Source of the DNA: an uncultured Actinomycetota bacterium | GTDB lineage: Bacteria > Actinomycetota > Actinomycetes > Mycobacteriales > Mycobacteriaceae | Assembly (NCBI GenBank): GCA_963743225.1 | Contig: CAVUPN010000010.1 | Span: forward strand, 16,084-80,083 | Reading direction: 5' to 3' | DNA length: 64,000 nt | Shown here: positions 1 through 12,845 of the stretch, in pieces | Position numbering within the stretch: position 1 is the stretch's first letter | Layout: every line of letters starts with the position of its first letter | Translations under genes and position numbers: made by a program | Notes under the pieces: generated by a model | Seen by the model: the letters and a program-made list of their open reading frames with translations, nothing else | What the model was told of the DNA's origin: nothing | Database searches by the model: none

Positions 1-2774
1 CCTACGTCACCCGCCAGGCGCGCTGGGTCGACTTCGAAAATGACTACAAGACACTGGATCTCGGCTTCATGGAGTCGGTGATCTGGGCATTCAAGCAGCT
101 GTGGGACAAGGGCCTGGCCTACGAGGGCTATCGGGTGCTGCCGTACTGCTGGAACGACGAGACCCCGTTGTCCAGTCACGAACTGCGGATGGACGACGAC
201 GTCTACCAAAGCCGTCAGGACCCCGCCATCACGGTTGGGTTCAAGGTGGCCGGCGGAGAGCTCGATGGCGCATACCTGTTGATCTGGACGACGACGCCGT
301 GGACGCTGCCGTCAAACCAGGCGGTGGCGGTCAATCCGGACGTCGAGTACGTGCTCGTGCAGTCGGGGGAGCGGCGCTACGTGCTGGCGAAGGCGCGGCT
401 GGCGGCGTACGCCAGGGAGCTCGGCGAAGAACCCGAGATCCTCGCCACCCATCGCGGCGCGGACCTCCTCGGCACGCGGTACCTGCCGCCGTTCCCGTAT
501 TTCATGGACGCGCCCAACAGTTTTCAGGTGTTGCCCGCCGACTTCGTGTCCACCGAGGACGGCACCGGCATCGTGCACATGTCACCGGCCTATGGCGAGG
601 ACGACATGGCGACAGGTCAGGCGGCAGACATCGTCGCGGTCACGCCCGTCGACTCCAAGGGCCGGTTCGACGAGACGGTGCCGGACTACGTCGGCCAGCA
701 TGTCTTCGACGCCAATCCACAGATCATCCGGGACCTGAAGGACCAAAGCGGACCGGTGGCGCGCAACGGCGCCGTGCTGTTGCGCCACGAAACCTACGAA
801 CACTCCTACCCGCACTGCTGGCGCTGCCGGAATCCGCTGATCTACCGGGCGGTTTCATCGTGGTTCGTCAAGGTCACCGAGTTCCGTGACCGGATGGTCG
901 AGATCAACCAGGACATCACCTGGTATCCCGAACACGTCAAGGAGGGCCAGTTCGGCAAGTGGCTTCAAGGTGCGCGCGACTGGTCGATCTCCCGAAACCG
1001 GTACTGGGGCACGCCGATTCCGGTGTGGATCTCCGATGATCCGGCCCATCCGCGCATCGACGTCTACGGCAGCCTCGACGAACTCGAGCGCGACTTCGGG
1101 GTCCGCCCCACCAACCTGCACCGGCCCTACATCGACGAGCTGACCCGCCCGAACCCGGACGACCCGACCGGCCGATCGACGATGCGGCGCATCCCCGACG
1201 TGTTCGACGTGTGGTTCGATTCCGGCTCGATGCCCTACGCCCAGGTGCATTACCCGTTCGAGAACGTCGACTGGTTCGACGGTGTCGAATCCGCCGACCC
1301 TGACAAGCGGATCGACGGCCACAACCCCGGCGACTACATCGTCGAATACATCGGGCAGACCCGCGGCTGGTTCTACACGCTGCACGTGCTGGCCACCGCA
1401 CTGTTCGACCGCCCGGCGTTTCGCACCGTTTCGGCGCACGGCATCGTGCTGGGCAACGACGGCCAGAAGATGAGCAAGTCGCTGCGCAACTATCCCGACG
1501 TCACCGAGGTTTTCGACCGCGACGGCTCCGACGCCATGCGCTGGTTTCTGATGGCATCGCCGATCCTGCGGGGCGGCAACCTGATCGTCACCGAACAGGG
1601 CATCCGGGAGGGCGTCCGGCAGGTGCTGTTGCCGTTCTGGAATGCCTACACGTTCCTGGCGCTGTACGCACCGAAGAAGGGCACGTGGCGCACGAACTCG
1701 ACCCATGTGCTCGATCGCTACATCCTGGCCAAGCTGGCGCAGCTGCGCGACGATCTCACCGCTTCGATGGACGTCTGCGACATCTCCGGCGCCTGCGACG
1801 AGTTACGTCAGTTCACCGAGGCGCTGACGAACTGGTATGTGCGACGGTCCCGTTCGCGGTTCTGGGAAGAGGACCCCGACGCAATCGACACGCTGCACAC
1901 CGTGCTGGAGGTGGCGGCCCGGCTGGCCGCGCCGCTGCTTCCGCTGATCACCGAGGTGATCTGGCGGGGCATCACCGACGAGCGCTCGGTACATCTGACC
2001 GATTGGCCGGAGGCCGGCGACCTGCCGCACGATGCCGAACTGGTCGCGACCATGGACCAGGTGCGCGACGTGGCCTCGGCGGCGTCCTCGCTGCGCAAGG
2101 CGAAGAAGCTGCGGGTGCGGCTGCCACTGCCCAAACTCACTGTCGCCGTGGAGAACCCGCAGCGCCTCGAGCCGTTCCTCGACCTGCTCGCCGACGAGCT
2201 CAACGTGAAGGAAGTCGAGCTCACCGACGACATCGCCACCTATGGCCGCTTCGAGCTGACGGTCAACGCACGCGAAGCGGGGCCTCGCCTGGGCAAGGAC
2301 GTGCAGGCCGCGATCAAGGCCGTCAAGGCGGGTGAGGGCGTCATCAACCCCGACGGGACGCTGACCGCGGGCCCGGCGGTGCTGCTGCCCGAGGAATTCA
2401 GCTCGAGGTTGGTGGCCGCGGATCCACGGGAGACGAAGCGCAGCGGAGCTCGACCCGAGCAGGAGTTCACGGCCGCGCTGCCCGAGGGATCGGGCCTGGT
2501 GGTGCTCGACGGCACCGTCACCCCTGAGCTGGAGGCCGAGGGTTGGGCCAAGGACCGCATCCGCGAACTGCAGGAGCTGCGCCGGACGACGGGCCTTGAC
2601 GTGTCGGACCGCATCTCGGTGGTCATCGAGGTGCCCGCCGAGCGCGACGCGTGGGCGCACACGCACGCCGACCTGATCGCGCGGGAGATCCTGGCGACCA
2701 GCTTCGAGTTCGGCGAGCCCGCCGACGGCACCGAGATCGGCGACGGGGTGCGGGTCGCGATCGCCAAGGCCTAA
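1..2774 (+). CDS. ileS: Isoleucine--tRNA ligase, 5' end cut by window edge
   Basis: Frame 3 is open from the window edge ([18 protein letters not shown] precedes the listed ORF 69..2774). It has the KMSKS signature ([13 protein letters not shown]) and class I aaRS architecture over about 920 aa. TAA stop at 2772-2774. Confidence 0.95.
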   Translation, partial: YVTRQARWVDFENDYKTLDLGFMESVIWAFKQLWDKGLAYEGYRVLPYCWNDETPLSSHELRMDDDVYQSRQDPAITVGFKVAGGELDGAYLLIWTTTPWTLPSNQAVAVNPDVEYVLVQSGERRYVLAKARLAAYARELGEEPEILATHRGADLLGTRYLPPFPYFMDAPNSFQVLPADFVSTEDGTGIVHMSPAYGEDDMATGQAADIVAVTPVDSKGRFDETVPDYVGQHVFDANPQIIRDLKDQSGPVARNGAVLLRHETYEHSYPHCWRCRNPLIYRAVSSWFVKVTEFRDRMVEINQDITWYPEHVKEGQFGKWLQGARDWSISRNRYWGTPIPVWISDDPAHPRIDVYGSLDELERDFGVRPTNLHRPYIDELTRPNPDDPTGRSTMRRIPDVFDVWFDSGSMPYAQVHYPFENVDWFDGVESADPDKRIDGHNPGDYIVEYIGQTRGWFYTLHVLATALFDRPAFRTVSAHGIVLGNDGQKMSKSLRNYPDVTEVFDRDGSDAMRWFLMASPILRGGNLIVTEQGIREGVRQVLLPFWNAYTFLALYAPKKGTWRTNSTHVLDRYILAKLAQLRDDLTASMDVCDISGACDELRQFTEALTNWYVRRSRSRFWEEDPDAIDTLHTVLEVAARLAAPLLPLITEVIWRGITDERSVHLTDWPEAGDLPHDAELVATMDQVRDVASAASSLRKAKKLRVRLPLPKLTVAVENPQRLEPFLDLLADELNVKEVELTDDIATYGRFELTVNAREAGPRLGKDVQAAIKAVKAGEGVINPDGTLTAGPAVLLPEEFSSRLVAADPRETKRSGARPEQEFTAALPEGSGLVVLDGTVTPELEAEGWAKDRIRELQELRRTTGLDVSDRISVVIEVPAERDAWAHTHADLIAREILATSFEFGEPADGTEIGDGVRVAIAKA

Positions 2775-2817
2775 TGGCGTCCACGTCCATGGCTCGAGCG
2801 CCCTAGCATCGGCAGTT

Positions 2818-4203
2818 GTGGCCGCTCGCTGGGTGCTGCACCTCGACATGGACGCGTTCTTCGCGTCTGTCGAGCAGCTGACCCGCCCGACGCTGCGCGG
2901 ACGCCCTGTGCTCGTCGGCGGGCTGGGCGGACGCGGCGTGGTGGCCGGCGCGAGTTACGAGTCCCGGGTGTACGGCGCGCGATCGGCGATGCCGATGCAT
3001 CAGGCCCGCCGCCTGATCGGCGCAACGGCAGTGGTGCTGCCGCCCCGCGGCGTGGTCTACGGCGTGGCCAGCCGCCGCGTGCTCGACACGGTTCGAGGCG
3101 TCGTGCCCGTTCTCGAGCAGCTGTCCTACGACGAGGCGTTCGGCGAGCCCGCCGAACTCGTCGGTGCCACCGCGGAGGACGTCGAGGCGTTCTGCGAGGC
3201 GCTGAGGGCGGATATCCGCGAGGTGACCGGGCTGGTCGCGTCCGTCGGGGCCGGATCGGGCAAGCAGATCGCCAAGATCGCCTCCGGGCTGGCCAAACCC
3301 GACGGCATCCGGGTGGTCCGCCGCGACGAGGAACCGACGCTGTTGGCCGGCCTGCCGGTACGTCGACTGTGGGGGATCGGTCCGGTCGCCGAGGAGAAGC
3401 TGCACCGGCTGGGCATCGACACCATCGGCGCATTCGCCGCGCTGTCGGACGCCGAAGCGGCCAACATCCTGGGCGGGACCGTCGGGCCTGCGCTGCACCA
3501 GCTGGCCCGGGGGATCGACGACCGGCCCGTCGCCGAGAATGGACCGGCCAAACAGATCAGCGCCGAGTCCACGTTTCCCGAGGACCTCACGACCCTGGAC
3601 CAGCTGCGCGAGGCGGCGGGCCCGATCGGAGAGCACGCGCATGTGCGCCTCGAAAAGGACGGTCGTGGCGCGCGCACCGTCACCGTCAAGCTGAAGAAGT
3701 CCGACATGAGTACCCTGACGCGCTCGGCGACGCTGCCGTACGCCACCACCGACGCCGCGACGTTGATCGCGACGGCCCGCAGGCTGCTGCTCGACCCCCT
3801 CGAGATCGGCCCTATTCGCCTTGTCGGAGTTGGCTTTTCGGGACTGTCGGAGGTTCGTCAGGAGTCGCTGTTCCCCGACCTGGAGCTGATGGCCGAAGAG
3901 GTGTCCGACACGGGCCTGCCGCAGACGCTCACCGAAGCCACCGCGACGGCTCCTGCCTGGCGCGTCGGCGACGACGTCGTGCACACCGAGTACGGGCACG
4001 GCTGGATCCAGGGCGCGGGCCACGGGGTGATGACCGTGCGCTTCGAGACCCGCAGTAGCGGCCCTGGCCCGGTGCACACGTTTCCCGACAGCACACCGGG
4101 AATCGACCGGGCGAACCCCGTCGACAGCCTCGACTGGCCCGACTATCTCAGCGAGCTGGCCGCCCGCTCAGCCCCAGCGGGCGACGACGTCGTCGACGGG
4201 TGA
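2818..4203 (+). CDS. dinB: DNA polymerase IV (Y-family, DinB/DinX type)
   Basis: 461-aa ORF with a GTG start. The N-terminus [21 protein letters not shown] is the canonical Y-family catalytic motif. Position after ileS matches mycobacteria. Confidence 0.9.
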   Translation: MAARWVLHLDMDAFFASVEQLTRPTLRGRPVLVGGLGGRGVVAGASYESRVYGARSAMPMHQARRLIGATAVVLPPRGVVYGVASRRVLDTVRGVVPVLEQLSYDEAFGEPAELVGATAEDVEAFCEALRADIREVTGLVASVGAGSGKQIAKIASGLAKPDGIRVVRRDEEPTLLAGLPVRRLWGIGPVAEEKLHRLGIDTIGAFAALSDAEAANILGGTVGPALHQLARGIDDRPVAENGPAKQISAESTFPEDLTTLDQLREAAGPIGEHAHVRLEKDGRGARTVTVKLKKSDMSTLTRSATLPYATTDAATLIATARRLLLDPLEIGPIRLVGVGFSGLSEVRQESLFPDLELMAEEVSDTGLPQTLTEATATAPAWRVGDDVVHTEYGHGWIQGAGHGVMTVRFETRSSGPGPVHTFPDSTPGIDRANPVDSLDWPDYLSELAARSAPAGDDVVDG

Positions 4204-5091
4204 GCCGCTCGCCAGCGCGGCCATCAGCAGCACACGGGCCTGCGCGGGGCGGAGTCGCGGCACCATCAGCGCCCCCGAGTCCACCAACTCGCGGCCGGGT
4301 CCGTAGCCGGCGCCGACCTTCCCGCCGGGCACCCTCGTCGACACCGCAACCGCGACGCCGTCGCGACAGTGCCGACGCACGGCGTCGATCACCGCGGCGC
4401 CCGCATTGCCGGAACCCAGCGCCTCGAGCACGATTCCCCGCGCGCCCGCTGCGACGCACGCGTCCATCGCCACCGCATCGGTTCCCGGGTACACCGCGAC
4501 GATGTCCACCCGGGGCGCGTCGGCGGCCGACAGCGCGCCGAGGAACGGCCGGTCCTTGGCAGCCGCGGGGGTGAACCGGCCGTCGGCGACCGAACCGACC
4601 GCCACACCGGCGAAGCCGCCGAGGCCGGCGGTCGCCACCTTCTGCAGCCCCAGCGGCTGCCACACCGTGCCCGCGAAGCTCACCAACACGCCAAGGCCCC
4701 GCGCGGCCGCGCCGGCCGCAACGGTCAGCGCGTCGCGCAGATTTCCCGGTCCGTCGGCATCCGGCGCGTCCGCACTGCGCTGCGCACCCGTGATCACCAC
4801 GGGGGTGGCGCCGTCGTAGGTCAGCTCCAGCCAGAGCGCCGTTTCCTCCAAGGTGTCGGTGCCGTGTGTGACCACCACACCGTCGGCATCCGAGGCCGCT
4901 TCAACCGCCGCGCCGATCCGGTCCCAGTCCGCGGGCGTCAGTTGCGAACTGTCCACCGCCATCAGGTCGACGACCTCGACGTCGAGCCCGGAGACCAGGT
5001 CGGCGCCGCTGGTGTCGGGCCGCTTGACTCCGTCCTCGTCGGCGCTGCTCGCGATCGTCCCGCCGGTGGCGATGACGACAAAGCGGCTCAC
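4168..5091 (-). CDS. ansA: L-asparaginase
   Basis: 307 aa with a GTG start. [16 protein letters not shown] carries the TGGTIA active-site motif. Convergent with dinB and overlaps its 3' end. Confidence 0.85.
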   Translation of the reverse strand: MSRFVVIATGGTIASSADEDGVKRPDTSGADLVSGLDVEVVDLMAVDSSQLTPADWDRIGAAVEAASDADGVVVTHGTDTLEETALWLELTYDGATPVVITGAQRSADAPDADGPGNLRDALTVAAGAAARGLGVLVSFAGTVWQPLGLQKVATAGLGGFAGVAVGSVADGRFTPAAAKDRPFLGALSAADAPRVDIVAVYPGTDAVAMDACVAAGARGIVLEALGSGNAGAAVIDAVRRHCRDGVAVAVSTRVPGGKVGAGYGPGRELVDSGALMVPRLRPAQARVLLMAALASGSPVDDVVARWG

Positions 5092-5132
5092 GCCCCCATC
5101 AAACCAAAATCAGCCTTTGGAATGATGGGGGA

Positions 5133-5738
5133 GTGACTGATGAATCGGCTGGCCAGAGCGAGCCGGTGACCGCTGCCGACGACACCGAGCCGAAGCCAAG
5201 GCGCCGGGTCCGCCTGCTGGTGACGGTGGCTGCCGTCATTCTGGCGCTCGACATCGTCAGCAAGGTTCTCGCGGTCAGGCTGCTCACGCCGGGTCAGCCG
5301 GTGTCGATCATCGGCGACACCGTGACCTGGACGCTGGTGCGCAACTCCGGCGCCGCGTTCTCGATGGCCACCGGTTACACCTGGGTGCTGACCCTGATCG
5401 CCAGCGGCGTCGTGGTCGGCATCATCTGGATGGGCCGAAGGCTCGTCTCCCCGTGGTGGGCTATCGGGCTCGGCATGATCCTGGGCGGGGCGATGGGCAA
5501 CCTGGTCGACCGGTTCTTCCGGTCACCGGGGCCACTGCGCGGACACGTCGTCGACTTCCTGTCCATCGGCTGGTGGCCGGTGTTCAACGTCGCCGACCCC
5601 TCGGTGGTCGGCGGGGCCATCCTGCTGGTTGTGCTGTCGCTGTTCGGGTTCGATTTCGACACCGTCGGCAGGCGCAAGCCCGGCGACCAGTCGGACGAAT
5701 CAGACACGGTTGGCCGACCTGAGGTCGAACCCTCCTGA
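5133..5738 (+). CDS. lspA: Lipoprotein signal peptidase (signal peptidase II)
   Basis: 201 aa with four hydrophobic segments. Conserved NSGAAFS and VFNVADP blocks of the LspA family. Confidence 0.9.
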   Translation: MTDESAGQSEPVTAADDTEPKPRRRVRLLVTVAAVILALDIVSKVLAVRLLTPGQPVSIIGDTVTWTLVRNSGAAFSMATGYTWVLTLIASGVVVGIIWMGRRLVSPWWAIGLGMILGGAMGNLVDRFFRSPGPLRGHVVDFLSIGWWPVFNVADPSVVGGAILLVVLSLFGFDFDTVGRRKPGDQSDESDTVGRPEVEPS

Positions 5739-6691
5739 TGGATACTCGGTCGATGCCCGTGCCGGAAGGACTGGCGGGCATGCGCGTCGACGCCGGGCTG
5801 GCCCGGCTGCTCGGCCTGTCCCGCACCGCCGCCGCAACGCTGGCCGAAGCCGGCGGCGTCGACCTGGACGGGACCCCGGTTGGCAAGTCCGACCGGCTGA
5901 CGCCGGGTGCGTGGCTCGAGGTGCGGCTGCCCGAAGCGCCTGCGCCGCCGGAGAATACGCCGGTCGAGATCGAAGGCATGACCGTTCTGTACTCCGACGA
6001 CGACATCGTCGCGGTGGACAAGCCGGCCGGGGTGGCCGCCCACGCCACGGTCGGCTGGCACGGGCCGACGGTGCTCGGCGGGCTGGCGGCCGCCGGCTAC
6101 CGGATCACCACCTCGGGCATACACGAGCGGCAGGGCATCGTGCACCGCCTCGACGTCGGCACGTCGGGCGTGATGGTGGTGGCGCTCTCCGAACGCGCTT
6201 ACACCCTGCTCAAGCGGGCCTTCAAACAGCGCACCGTCGACAAGCGCTATCACGCACTGGTGCAAGGACATCCGGACCCGTCCAGCGGCACCATCGATGC
6301 GCCGATCGGCAGGCACCGCGGGCACGACTGGAAGTTCGCCGTCATTCGGGGCGGCCGGCACAGCATCACGCACTACGACACGCTTGAGGCCCACCAGGCC
6401 GCGAGCCTGCTCGACGTGGAGCTGGAAACCGGTCGCACACACCAGATCCGGGTGCATTTCGCCGCGCTGCACCACCCGTGTGCAGGCGATCTCACCTACG
6501 GTGCCGACCCGGTGCTTGCGAAAAAGCTTGGCCTGGAACGGCAATGGCTACACGCACGGTCGTTGGCCTTCGCCCATCCCGCCGACGGCCGTCGCATCGA
6601 GATCACCAGCCCGTATCCGTCCGACCTGCAGCACGCCCTGGACGTCCTGCGCAACCTGGGGGCACCTCCCGCTCGCGGGGGAGAACTGTGA
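5738..6691 (+). CDS. RluA-family 23S rRNA pseudouridine synthase (RluD-like)
   Basis: 317 aa. ATGA start/stop overlap with lspA. Catalytic block [14 protein letters not shown] and an S4-like N-terminus. Confidence 0.85.
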   Translation: MDTRSMPVPEGLAGMRVDAGLARLLGLSRTAAATLAEAGGVDLDGTPVGKSDRLTPGAWLEVRLPEAPAPPENTPVEIEGMTVLYSDDDIVAVDKPAGVAAHATVGWHGPTVLGGLAAAGYRITTSGIHERQGIVHRLDVGTSGVMVVALSERAYTLLKRAFKQRTVDKRYHALVQGHPDPSSGTIDAPIGRHRGHDWKFAVIRGGRHSITHYDTLEAHQAASLLDVELETGRTHQIRVHFAALHHPCAGDLTYGADPVLAKKLGLERQWLHARSLAFAHPADGRRIEITSPYPSDLQHALDVLRNLGAPPARGGEL

Positions 6692-7590
6692 GCGATACCC
6701 GCAGGACCGGTCTGCTCTTTGGTATCGGCGCCTACTGCATGTGGGGAATGTTTCCCGCCTTCTTCCCCCTACTGAAACCGGCGGGTGCGTTCGAGATCCT
6801 CGCCCACCGGATCGTCTGGAGCTTCGCGCTCATGGTCATCGTGATCGCGGCGGCTCGCCGCCTCGGCGATGTGCGAACACTGTCGGCGCGGACCTGGGTG
6901 CAGCTGGTCTGCGCCTCGATCCTGATCGCGGTCAACTGGGTCATCTACATCTACGCCGTCAACAACGGGCACGTGGTGGACGCGGCGCTCGGCTACTTCA
7001 TCAATCCGCTGGTCACCGTGGCACTCGGACTGCTGATCTTCAAGGAGCGGCTCAACCGTGCGCAGATCGTCGCCCTGGCGATAGCGATTGTGGCGGTGGT
7101 TGTGCTGACCGTCGAGATCGGATCACCGCCCGTGATCGGGCTCGGGCTGGCCTTCTCGTTCGGGCTATACGGCGCCGTCAAGAAGGTGGTGCCGGTCGAC
7201 CCGCGTGTCAGTGTGGGGGTGGAGGCCGGGTTGGCGACGCCGTTCGCGTTGGCCTACATCCTGGTGCTGCTGGCCACGGGCCACGGGACATTCGCCGACC
7301 ACGGCGCCGGTCACGTCGTGCTGATGATCCTCTCCGGTTTTGTGACGGCCTTGCCACTCCTGATGTTCGCCGGCGCCGCGCAGCGGCTGCCGATGGTGAC
7401 GATGGGCCTGCTGTTCTATCTCACGCCTGCGATGCAGCTGACCTGGGGCGTGGTGGTCGGCCACGAACCGATGCCGCCTGCGCGATGGCTGGGCTTCGCG
7501 CTGATCTGGCTGGCGCTGCTGGTGTTCACCGGCGACGCGTTGCGGAGGGCCCGTGTCGATCGGGCCGCGCTGCAATCGTCATACCGGTGA
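6688..7590 (+). CDS. rarD: RarD/EamA-family transporter
   Basis: I trimmed the 370-aa ORF 6478..7590 to the GTG at 6688 (GTGA overlap with the upstream stop). [26 protein letters not shown] is a typical RarD N-terminus. About 10 TM segments. Confidence 0.8.
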   Translation: MSDTRRTGLLFGIGAYCMWGMFPAFFPLLKPAGAFEILAHRIVWSFALMVIVIAAARRLGDVRTLSARTWVQLVCASILIAVNWVIYIYAVNNGHVVDAALGYFINPLVTVALGLLIFKERLNRAQIVALAIAIVAVVVLTVEIGSPPVIGLGLAFSFGLYGAVKKVVPVDPRVSVGVEAGLATPFALAYILVLLATGHGTFADHGAGHVVLMILSGFVTALPLLMFAGAAQRLPMVTMGLLFYLTPAMQLTWGVVVGHEPMPPARWLGFALIWLALLVFTGDALRRARVDRAALQSSYR

Positions 7591-7622
7591 CACCATCGAC
7601 AACTATCGAGGAGGTTCACGTC

Positions 7623-8000
7623 ATGCGGTACTGCCTGTTGATGCACTACCAGGAAGCCGGCGAGATCGGGCTCACCGAGGAGGACATGGCCCCGGCGATG
7701 GCCGCGTTCCAGGCCTACGCCGACGACCTGCAGGTCGCCGGGGTGCTCATCGACACCGAGGTGCTCGAGCCGGTCGTCGCCACCACCACCGTGACGGCCC
7801 GCAACGGCAAGCCGGAGATCCAGGACGGCCCCTTCGCCGACACCAAGGAACGCCTCGGCGGCATCTTCGTCATCGAGGTGGCCAATCTTGACGAGGCACT
7901 GAAGTGGGCGCAAGCCAACCCGGCCAATGACTGGGGTTCCATCGAGATCCGCCCGGTGGCGCGGACATACGCCGCCGCCCGCGGGTGGTACAACCCGTAG
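7623..8000 (+). CDS. YCII-related (DGPF) domain protein
   Basis: Only the last 125 aa of composite ORF 6297..8000 look real, starting at the ATG at 7623. MRYCLLMHY...DGPFADTKERLGGIFVIE is the YCII signature. Commonly paired with the downstream sigma-factor type. Confidence 0.75.
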   Translation: MRYCLLMHYQEAGEIGLTEEDMAPAMAAFQAYADDLQVAGVLIDTEVLEPVVATTTVTARNGKPEIQDGPFADTKERLGGIFVIEVANLDEALKWAQANPANDWGSIEIRPVARTYAAARGWYNP

Positions 8001-9224
8001 CGGCACAACGGCGGGTAGCCGACCTGGTTCGCGATTCCTACGGTCGGCTGCTCGCCGTGCTCGCGGCCCCCACCCGGGATATCGCCGCCGCCGAGGACGC
8101 GCTCGCCGATGCGCTGGAACGCGCACTCGACCGGTGGCCTGATGACGGGATCCCAGCCAATCCGGAGGCGTGGCTGCTGACAGTGGCCCGCAACAGGCAG
8201 CGCGACATGTGGAAGTCACGCGCCTACCGGATGACCGAGCCGCTCGGCGAAACCGACGACCGCCCAAGCGAACTCAGTGATTTTGGGGACATGTCGGAGA
8301 TTCCCGACAGGCGCCTCGAGCTGATGCTGGTGTGCGCGCACCCCGCCATCGCGGCCAACATCCGTACCCCGCTGATGCTGCAGGTCGTGCTGGGCGTCGA
8401 GGCAGCCGCCGTCGCGGAGGCCTTCGCGGTGCCGCAGGCCGCGATGGCCCAGCGGCTGGTGCGCGCCAAGAAGCGCATTCGCGATGCGGGCATCCCGTTC
8501 GAGCTGCCCGGACGCGCCGACCTCGACGAGCGGCTGCCGGCTGTGCTCGAAGCGGTCTACGGCGCATATGCGATCGACTGGCAACTCGGCGGCCAGGGCG
8601 CACCGATCGAAACGCTGTCCGCCGAGGCGCTGCACCTGGCGCTGGTGCTGGCCGAACTGCTGCCCGACGAGCCAGAGGTACTCGGGCTGGCAGCGCTGGT
8701 GTGTCTGTCCGAGGCCCGTCGGCCGGCGCGGCGCACCACTGCGGGTCGGTTCGTGCCGCTTGACGAGCAGGACACCACGAGCTGGGATGCGACGCTGATC
8801 GCGCGCGGGGAGGGCCTGCTGCGTCGCGCGCACGGCTTCGGGCGGCCGGGCCGCTTCCAGTACGAGGCGGCGATCCAGTCGGCGCACTGCAGCAGGGCGT
8901 CGCGTGGACACGTCGATGTAAAGGCGTTGCGCCCGCTGCACCGGGCGCTGCTGCAGGTGGCACCGTCGCTGGGCGCCGCGGTGGCGCTGGCTGCGGTGGA
9001 GGGCCAGATCGACGGGCCCGACGCCGGGTTGCGCCTGTTGGACGGCATCGACGACCCGGCCGCCGAAGCGTTTCCAGCCGGCGTGGACCACGCGTGCGCA
9101 TCTGCTGGCCCAGGCTGGCCGGACCGGGCCAGCCGCGGACGCGTACCGCACCGCCATAGAGCTGACCAGCGATCCCGGGGTCGCCCAGTACCTGCGCGGA
9201 CAGCTGAGTTCGCTACGGCCTTAA
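7985..9224 (+). pseudogene. ECF-like sigma-70 family factor (YCII-associated type) with a C-terminal frameshift
   Basis: ORF 7985..9346 reads normally to ...GIDDPAAEAF and then becomes Arg/Pro-rich nonsense. The conserved tail FQPAWTTRAHLLAQAGRTGPAADAYRTAIELTSDPGVAQYLRGQLSSLRP* is in the +1 frame and ends at TAA 9222-9224. The shift is near 9060-9072. Confidence 0.7.
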
Positions 9225-9281
9225 GACACGCATCGCGACACGCCCGTGCTCGTCGGTGGGCGGCCATAGACTGGCGTCCCT

Positions 9282-12200
9282 ATGAACTCCGGTCCGTCTA
9301 CTCTTCGCGCGAGCGCTCATCGGTCCTCCTTCGTGCACCTCCATAACCACACCGAGTACTCGATGCTGGATGGTGCTGCGAAGATCGCTCCGATGCTGGC
9401 CGAGGCCCAGCGGCTGGAGATGCCGGCGATCGGCATGACCGACCACGGAAACATGTTCGGCGCCAGCGAGTTCTACAACTTGGCGACCGAGGCCGGGATC
9501 AAGCCGATCATCGGCGTCGAGGCCTACATCGCGCCGGGATCCCGGTTCGATACCCGACGCATTCTCTGGGGCGATCCCGGCCAGAAGGCCGACGACGTGT
9601 CGGGCAGCGGCTCCTACACCCACCTGACGATGGTCGCGGAGAACGCGACGGGTGTGCGCAACCTCTTCAAGCTGTCGTCGCTGGCGTCGTTCGAGGGCCA
9701 GCTCGGCAAGTGGTCGAGGATGGACGCCGAGATCGTGGCCGAGAACGCCGCGGGCATCATCGCCACCACCGGCTGCCCGTCCGGCGAGGTCCAGACCCGG
9801 CTGCGGCTGGGCCACGACCGCGAGGCACTGGAGTCGGCTGCGCGGTGGCGCGAGATCTTCGGGCCGGACAACTACTTCCTCGAGTTGATGGACCACGGCC
9901 TGCAGATCGAGCGGCGGGTCCGCGACGGGTTGCTGGAGATCGGCCGCAAGCTCGACATTCCGGCACTGGCCACCAACGACTGCCACTACGTGACCCGCGA
10001 CGCCGCGCACAACCACGAGGCCCTGCTGTGCGTGCAGACCGGCAAGACGCTGTCGGATCCCAACCGGTTCAAGTTCGACGGCGACGGCTACTACCTGAAG
10101 TCCGCCGCCGAAATGCGGTCGCTGTGGGACGACGAGCTGCCCGGGGCGTGCGACTCGACGCTGCTCATCGCCGAGCGTGTTCAGTCCTACGAGGACGTCT
10201 GGGCGCCGCGCGACCGCATGCCGGTCTTCCCGGTGCCCGATGGACACGACCAGGCGTCCTGGCTGCGACACGAGGTGGACGCCGGGCTGGCGCGGCGGTT
10301 CCCGGCCGGGGTGCCACCCGAGTACGTCGACCGCGCCGCATTCGAGATTCAGGTCATCTGCGCCAAGGGCTATCCGTCGTACTTCCTGATCGTCGCCGAC
10401 CTCGTCGGCTACGCACGGTCGGTCGACATCCGGGTCGGGCCCGGCCGCGGGTCGGCCGCCGGCTCGCTGGTCGCCTACGCACTGCGCATCACCGACATCG
10501 ACCCGATCGAGCACGGGCTGCTGTTCGAGCGCTTCCTCAATCCCGAGCGCGCGTCGATGCCCGACATCGACATCGACTTCGACGACCGCCGCCGCGGTGA
10601 GATGGTGCGCTACGCCGCCGACAAGTGGGGGCACGACCGGGTCGCGCAGGTGATCACGTTCGGCACCATCAAAACCAAGGCGGCGCTGAAGGATTCGGCC
10701 CGGATCCACTACGGTCAGCCCGGATTCGCGATCGCCGACCGGATCACCAAGGCGCTGCCGCCCGCCGTCATGGCCAAGGACATTCCGCTGTCGGGCATCA
10801 CCGACCCCACCCACGAGCGGTACAAGGAAGCCGCCGAGGTGCGCGGCCTGATCGACACCGACCCCGACGTCCGCACCATCTACGAAACCGCCCGCGGGCT
10901 GGAAGGCCTGATCCGCAACGCCGGCGTGCACGCCTGCGCGGTGATCATGAGCTCCGAGCCGCTGACGGAGGCGATCCCGCTGTGGAAGCGGCCGCAGGAC
11001 GGCGCCATCATCACCGGCTGGGACTACCCGTCGTGCGAGGCCATCGGCCTGTTGAAGATGGACTTCCTCGGCCTGCGGAACCTGACGATCATCGGCGACG
11101 CGCTGGAGAACATCCAGGCCAACAGGGGGATCGACCTCGACCTGGAGTCGTTGGCGCTCGACGACGGACCCACCTACGAGTTGCTCGGCCGCGGCGACAC
11201 GCTCGGCGTGTTCCAGCTCGACGGCGGTCCGATGCGCGATCTGCTGCGCCGCATGCAGCCCACCGGGTTCGAGGACGTCGTGGCCGTGATCGCCCTGTAC
11301 CGCCCGGGCCCGATGGGCATGAACGCCCACAACGACTACGCCGACCGCAAGAACGGCCGCCAGGCCATCCGGCCCATCCACCCGGAGCTCGCCGAACCGC
11401 TCGAGGAGATCCTCGCCGAGACCTACGGCCTGATCGTCTACCAAGAGCAGATCATGCGCATTGCGCAGAAGGTCGCCGGCTACTCGCTCGCCCGAGCAGA
11501 CATTCTGCGTAAAGCCATGGGCAAGAAGAAACGTGAGGTGCTCAAGAAGGAGTACGAGGGCTTCTCCGAGGGCATGAAGGCCAACGGGTTCTCGGCCGCG
11601 GCGATTAAGGCGCTGTGGGACACCGTGCTCCCGTTCGCCGACTACGCGTTCAACAAGTCGCACGCCGCGGGCTATGGACTGGTGTCGTACTGGACGGCCT
11701 ACCTCAAGGCCAACTATCCGGCCGAGTACATGGCCGGCCTGCTGACGTCGGTCGGAGACGACAAGGACAAAGCGGCGGTGTACCTGGCTGACTGCCGCAA
11801 GCTCGGCATCACCGTGCTGCCGCCGGACGTCAACGAATCCGGCCTGAACTTCGCGTCGGTCGGCGAGGACATCCGCTACGGGCTGGGCGGCGTGCGCAAC
11901 GTCGGATCGAATGTCGTTGCGTCGCTGATCGGTTCGCGGACGGACAAGGGAAAGTTCATCGACTTCTCTGACTATCTCAACAAGATCGACATCGGCCCGT
12001 GCAACAAGAAGGTCACCGAGTCGCTGATCAAGGCTGGCGCATTCGACTCGCTCGGCCATCCGCGCAAGGGTCTGTTCCTGGTGCACACCGACGCGGTCGA
12101 ATCGGTACTGGGCACCAAGAAGGCCGAGGCGATGGGGCAGTTCGACCTGTTCGGCGGGGCCGACACCGCCACCGACGCGGTGTTCACCATCAAGGTGCCC

Positions 12201-12845
12201 GACGACGAGTGGGACGACAAACACAAGCTGGCGCTGGAGCGGGAGATGCTCGGCCTGTACGTGTCCGGCCACCCGCTGAACGGCGTTGCGCACCTGCTGA
12301 TCGGACAGGTCGATACGCAGATTCCGTCGATCCTCGACGGCGACATCCCCAACGACGCGCAGGTACGGGTCGGCGGGATCCTGACCGGGGTGAACCGCCG
12401 CGTCAACAAGAACGGGATGCCTTGGGCGTCAGCGCAGTTGGAGGATCTGACGGGCGGGGTCGAGGTGATGTTCTTCCCGCACACGTACTCGAGCGTCGGC
12501 GCGGAGATCATGGACGACGCCGTGGTGCTGGTCAGCGCCAAGGTGCGAATCCAGGATGACCGGCTCTGCCTGATCGCCAACGACCTTGTGGTGCCAGACT
12601 TTTCGAATGCCGCGGTGGACCGGCCACTGGCGGTGAGCCTGCCGACGCGGCAGTGCACCATCGACAAGGTGAACGCGCTCAAGCAGGTGCTCGCCCGTCA
12701 CCCGGGCACGTCACAGGTGCATCTGCGACTGATCAGCGGCGAGCGCATCACCACCCTGGAGCTGGACCAGTCACTACGGGTCACGCCGTCGTCGGCCCTG
12801 ATGGGTGACCTGAAGGCGCTGCTCGGTCCCGGCTGCCTCGGTTAG
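9282..12845 (+). CDS. dnaE: DNA polymerase III alpha subunit (replicative, DnaE1)
   Basis: 1187 aa. PHP-domain start [16 protein letters not shown], then polymerase core and OB fold. Single uninterrupted frame. Confidence 0.95.
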   Translation: MNSGPSTLRASAHRSSFVHLHNHTEYSMLDGAAKIAPMLAEAQRLEMPAIGMTDHGNMFGASEFYNLATEAGIKPIIGVEAYIAPGSRFDTRRILWGDPGQKADDVSGSGSYTHLTMVAENATGVRNLFKLSSLASFEGQLGKWSRMDAEIVAENAAGIIATTGCPSGEVQTRLRLGHDREALESAARWREIFGPDNYFLELMDHGLQIERRVRDGLLEIGRKLDIPALATNDCHYVTRDAAHNHEALLCVQTGKTLSDPNRFKFDGDGYYLKSAAEMRSLWDDELPGACDSTLLIAERVQSYEDVWAPRDRMPVFPVPDGHDQASWLRHEVDAGLARRFPAGVPPEYVDRAAFEIQVICAKGYPSYFLIVADLVGYARSVDIRVGPGRGSAAGSLVAYALRITDIDPIEHGLLFERFLNPERASMPDIDIDFDDRRRGEMVRYAADKWGHDRVAQVITFGTIKTKAALKDSARIHYGQPGFAIADRITKALPPAVMAKDIPLSGITDPTHERYKEAAEVRGLIDTDPDVRTIYETARGLEGLIRNAGVHACAVIMSSEPLTEAIPLWKRPQDGAIITGWDYPSCEAIGLLKMDFLGLRNLTIIGDALENIQANRGIDLDLESLALDDGPTYELLGRGDTLGVFQLDGGPMRDLLRRMQPTGFEDVVAVIALYRPGPMGMNAHNDYADRKNGRQAIRPIHPELAEPLEEILAETYGLIVYQEQIMRIAQKVAGYSLARADILRKAMGKKKREVLKKEYEGFSEGMKANGFSAAAIKALWDTVLPFADYAFNKSHAAGYGLVSYWTAYLKANYPAEYMAGLLTSVGDDKDKAAVYLADCRKLGITVLPPDVNESGLNFASVGEDIRYGLGGVRNVGSNVVASLIGSRTDKGKFIDFSDYLNKIDIGPCNKKVTESLIKAGAFDSLGHPRKGLFLVHTDAVESVLGTKKAEAMGQFDLFGGADTATDAVFTIKVPDDEWDDKHKLALEREMLGLYVSGHPLNGVAHLLIGQVDTQIPSILDGDIPNDAQVRVGGILTGVNRRVNKNGMPWASAQLEDLTGGVEVMFFPHTYSSVGAEIMDDAVVLVSAKVRIQDDRLCLIANDLVVPDFSNAAVDRPLAVSLPTRQCTIDKVNALKQVLARHPGTSQVHLRLISGERITTLELDQSLRVTPSSALMGDLKALLGPGCLG

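Noticed and set aside
2421-2468. Possible 12-14-aa in-frame insertion in the IleS C-terminal domain ([21 protein letters not shown]), containing GGATCC and GAGCTC sites
   Set aside because: The inference rests only on my memory of the M. tuberculosis IleS tail. The frame is intact, the restriction sites are expected by chance in GC-rich DNA, and I cannot align it here.
6297-8000. 567-aa plus-strand ORF spanning the rluD-like gene, rarD and the YCII gene
   Set aside because: This is an accidental open frame running out of phase through two real genes. Only its last 125 aa (from ATG 7623) match a protein family (YCII).
9213-12293. 1026-aa ORF on the minus strand, the longest non-annotated ORF in the window
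   Set aside because: It lies entirely antisense to dnaE1. Its composition is the Arg/Gly/Val/Pro-rich pattern of shadow ORFs in high-GC DNA, and it has no recognisable motifs. The same applies to 1803..2849, 14457..16274, 16955..18706, 25180..27255, 54035..55219, 59058..59996 and 62736..63953.
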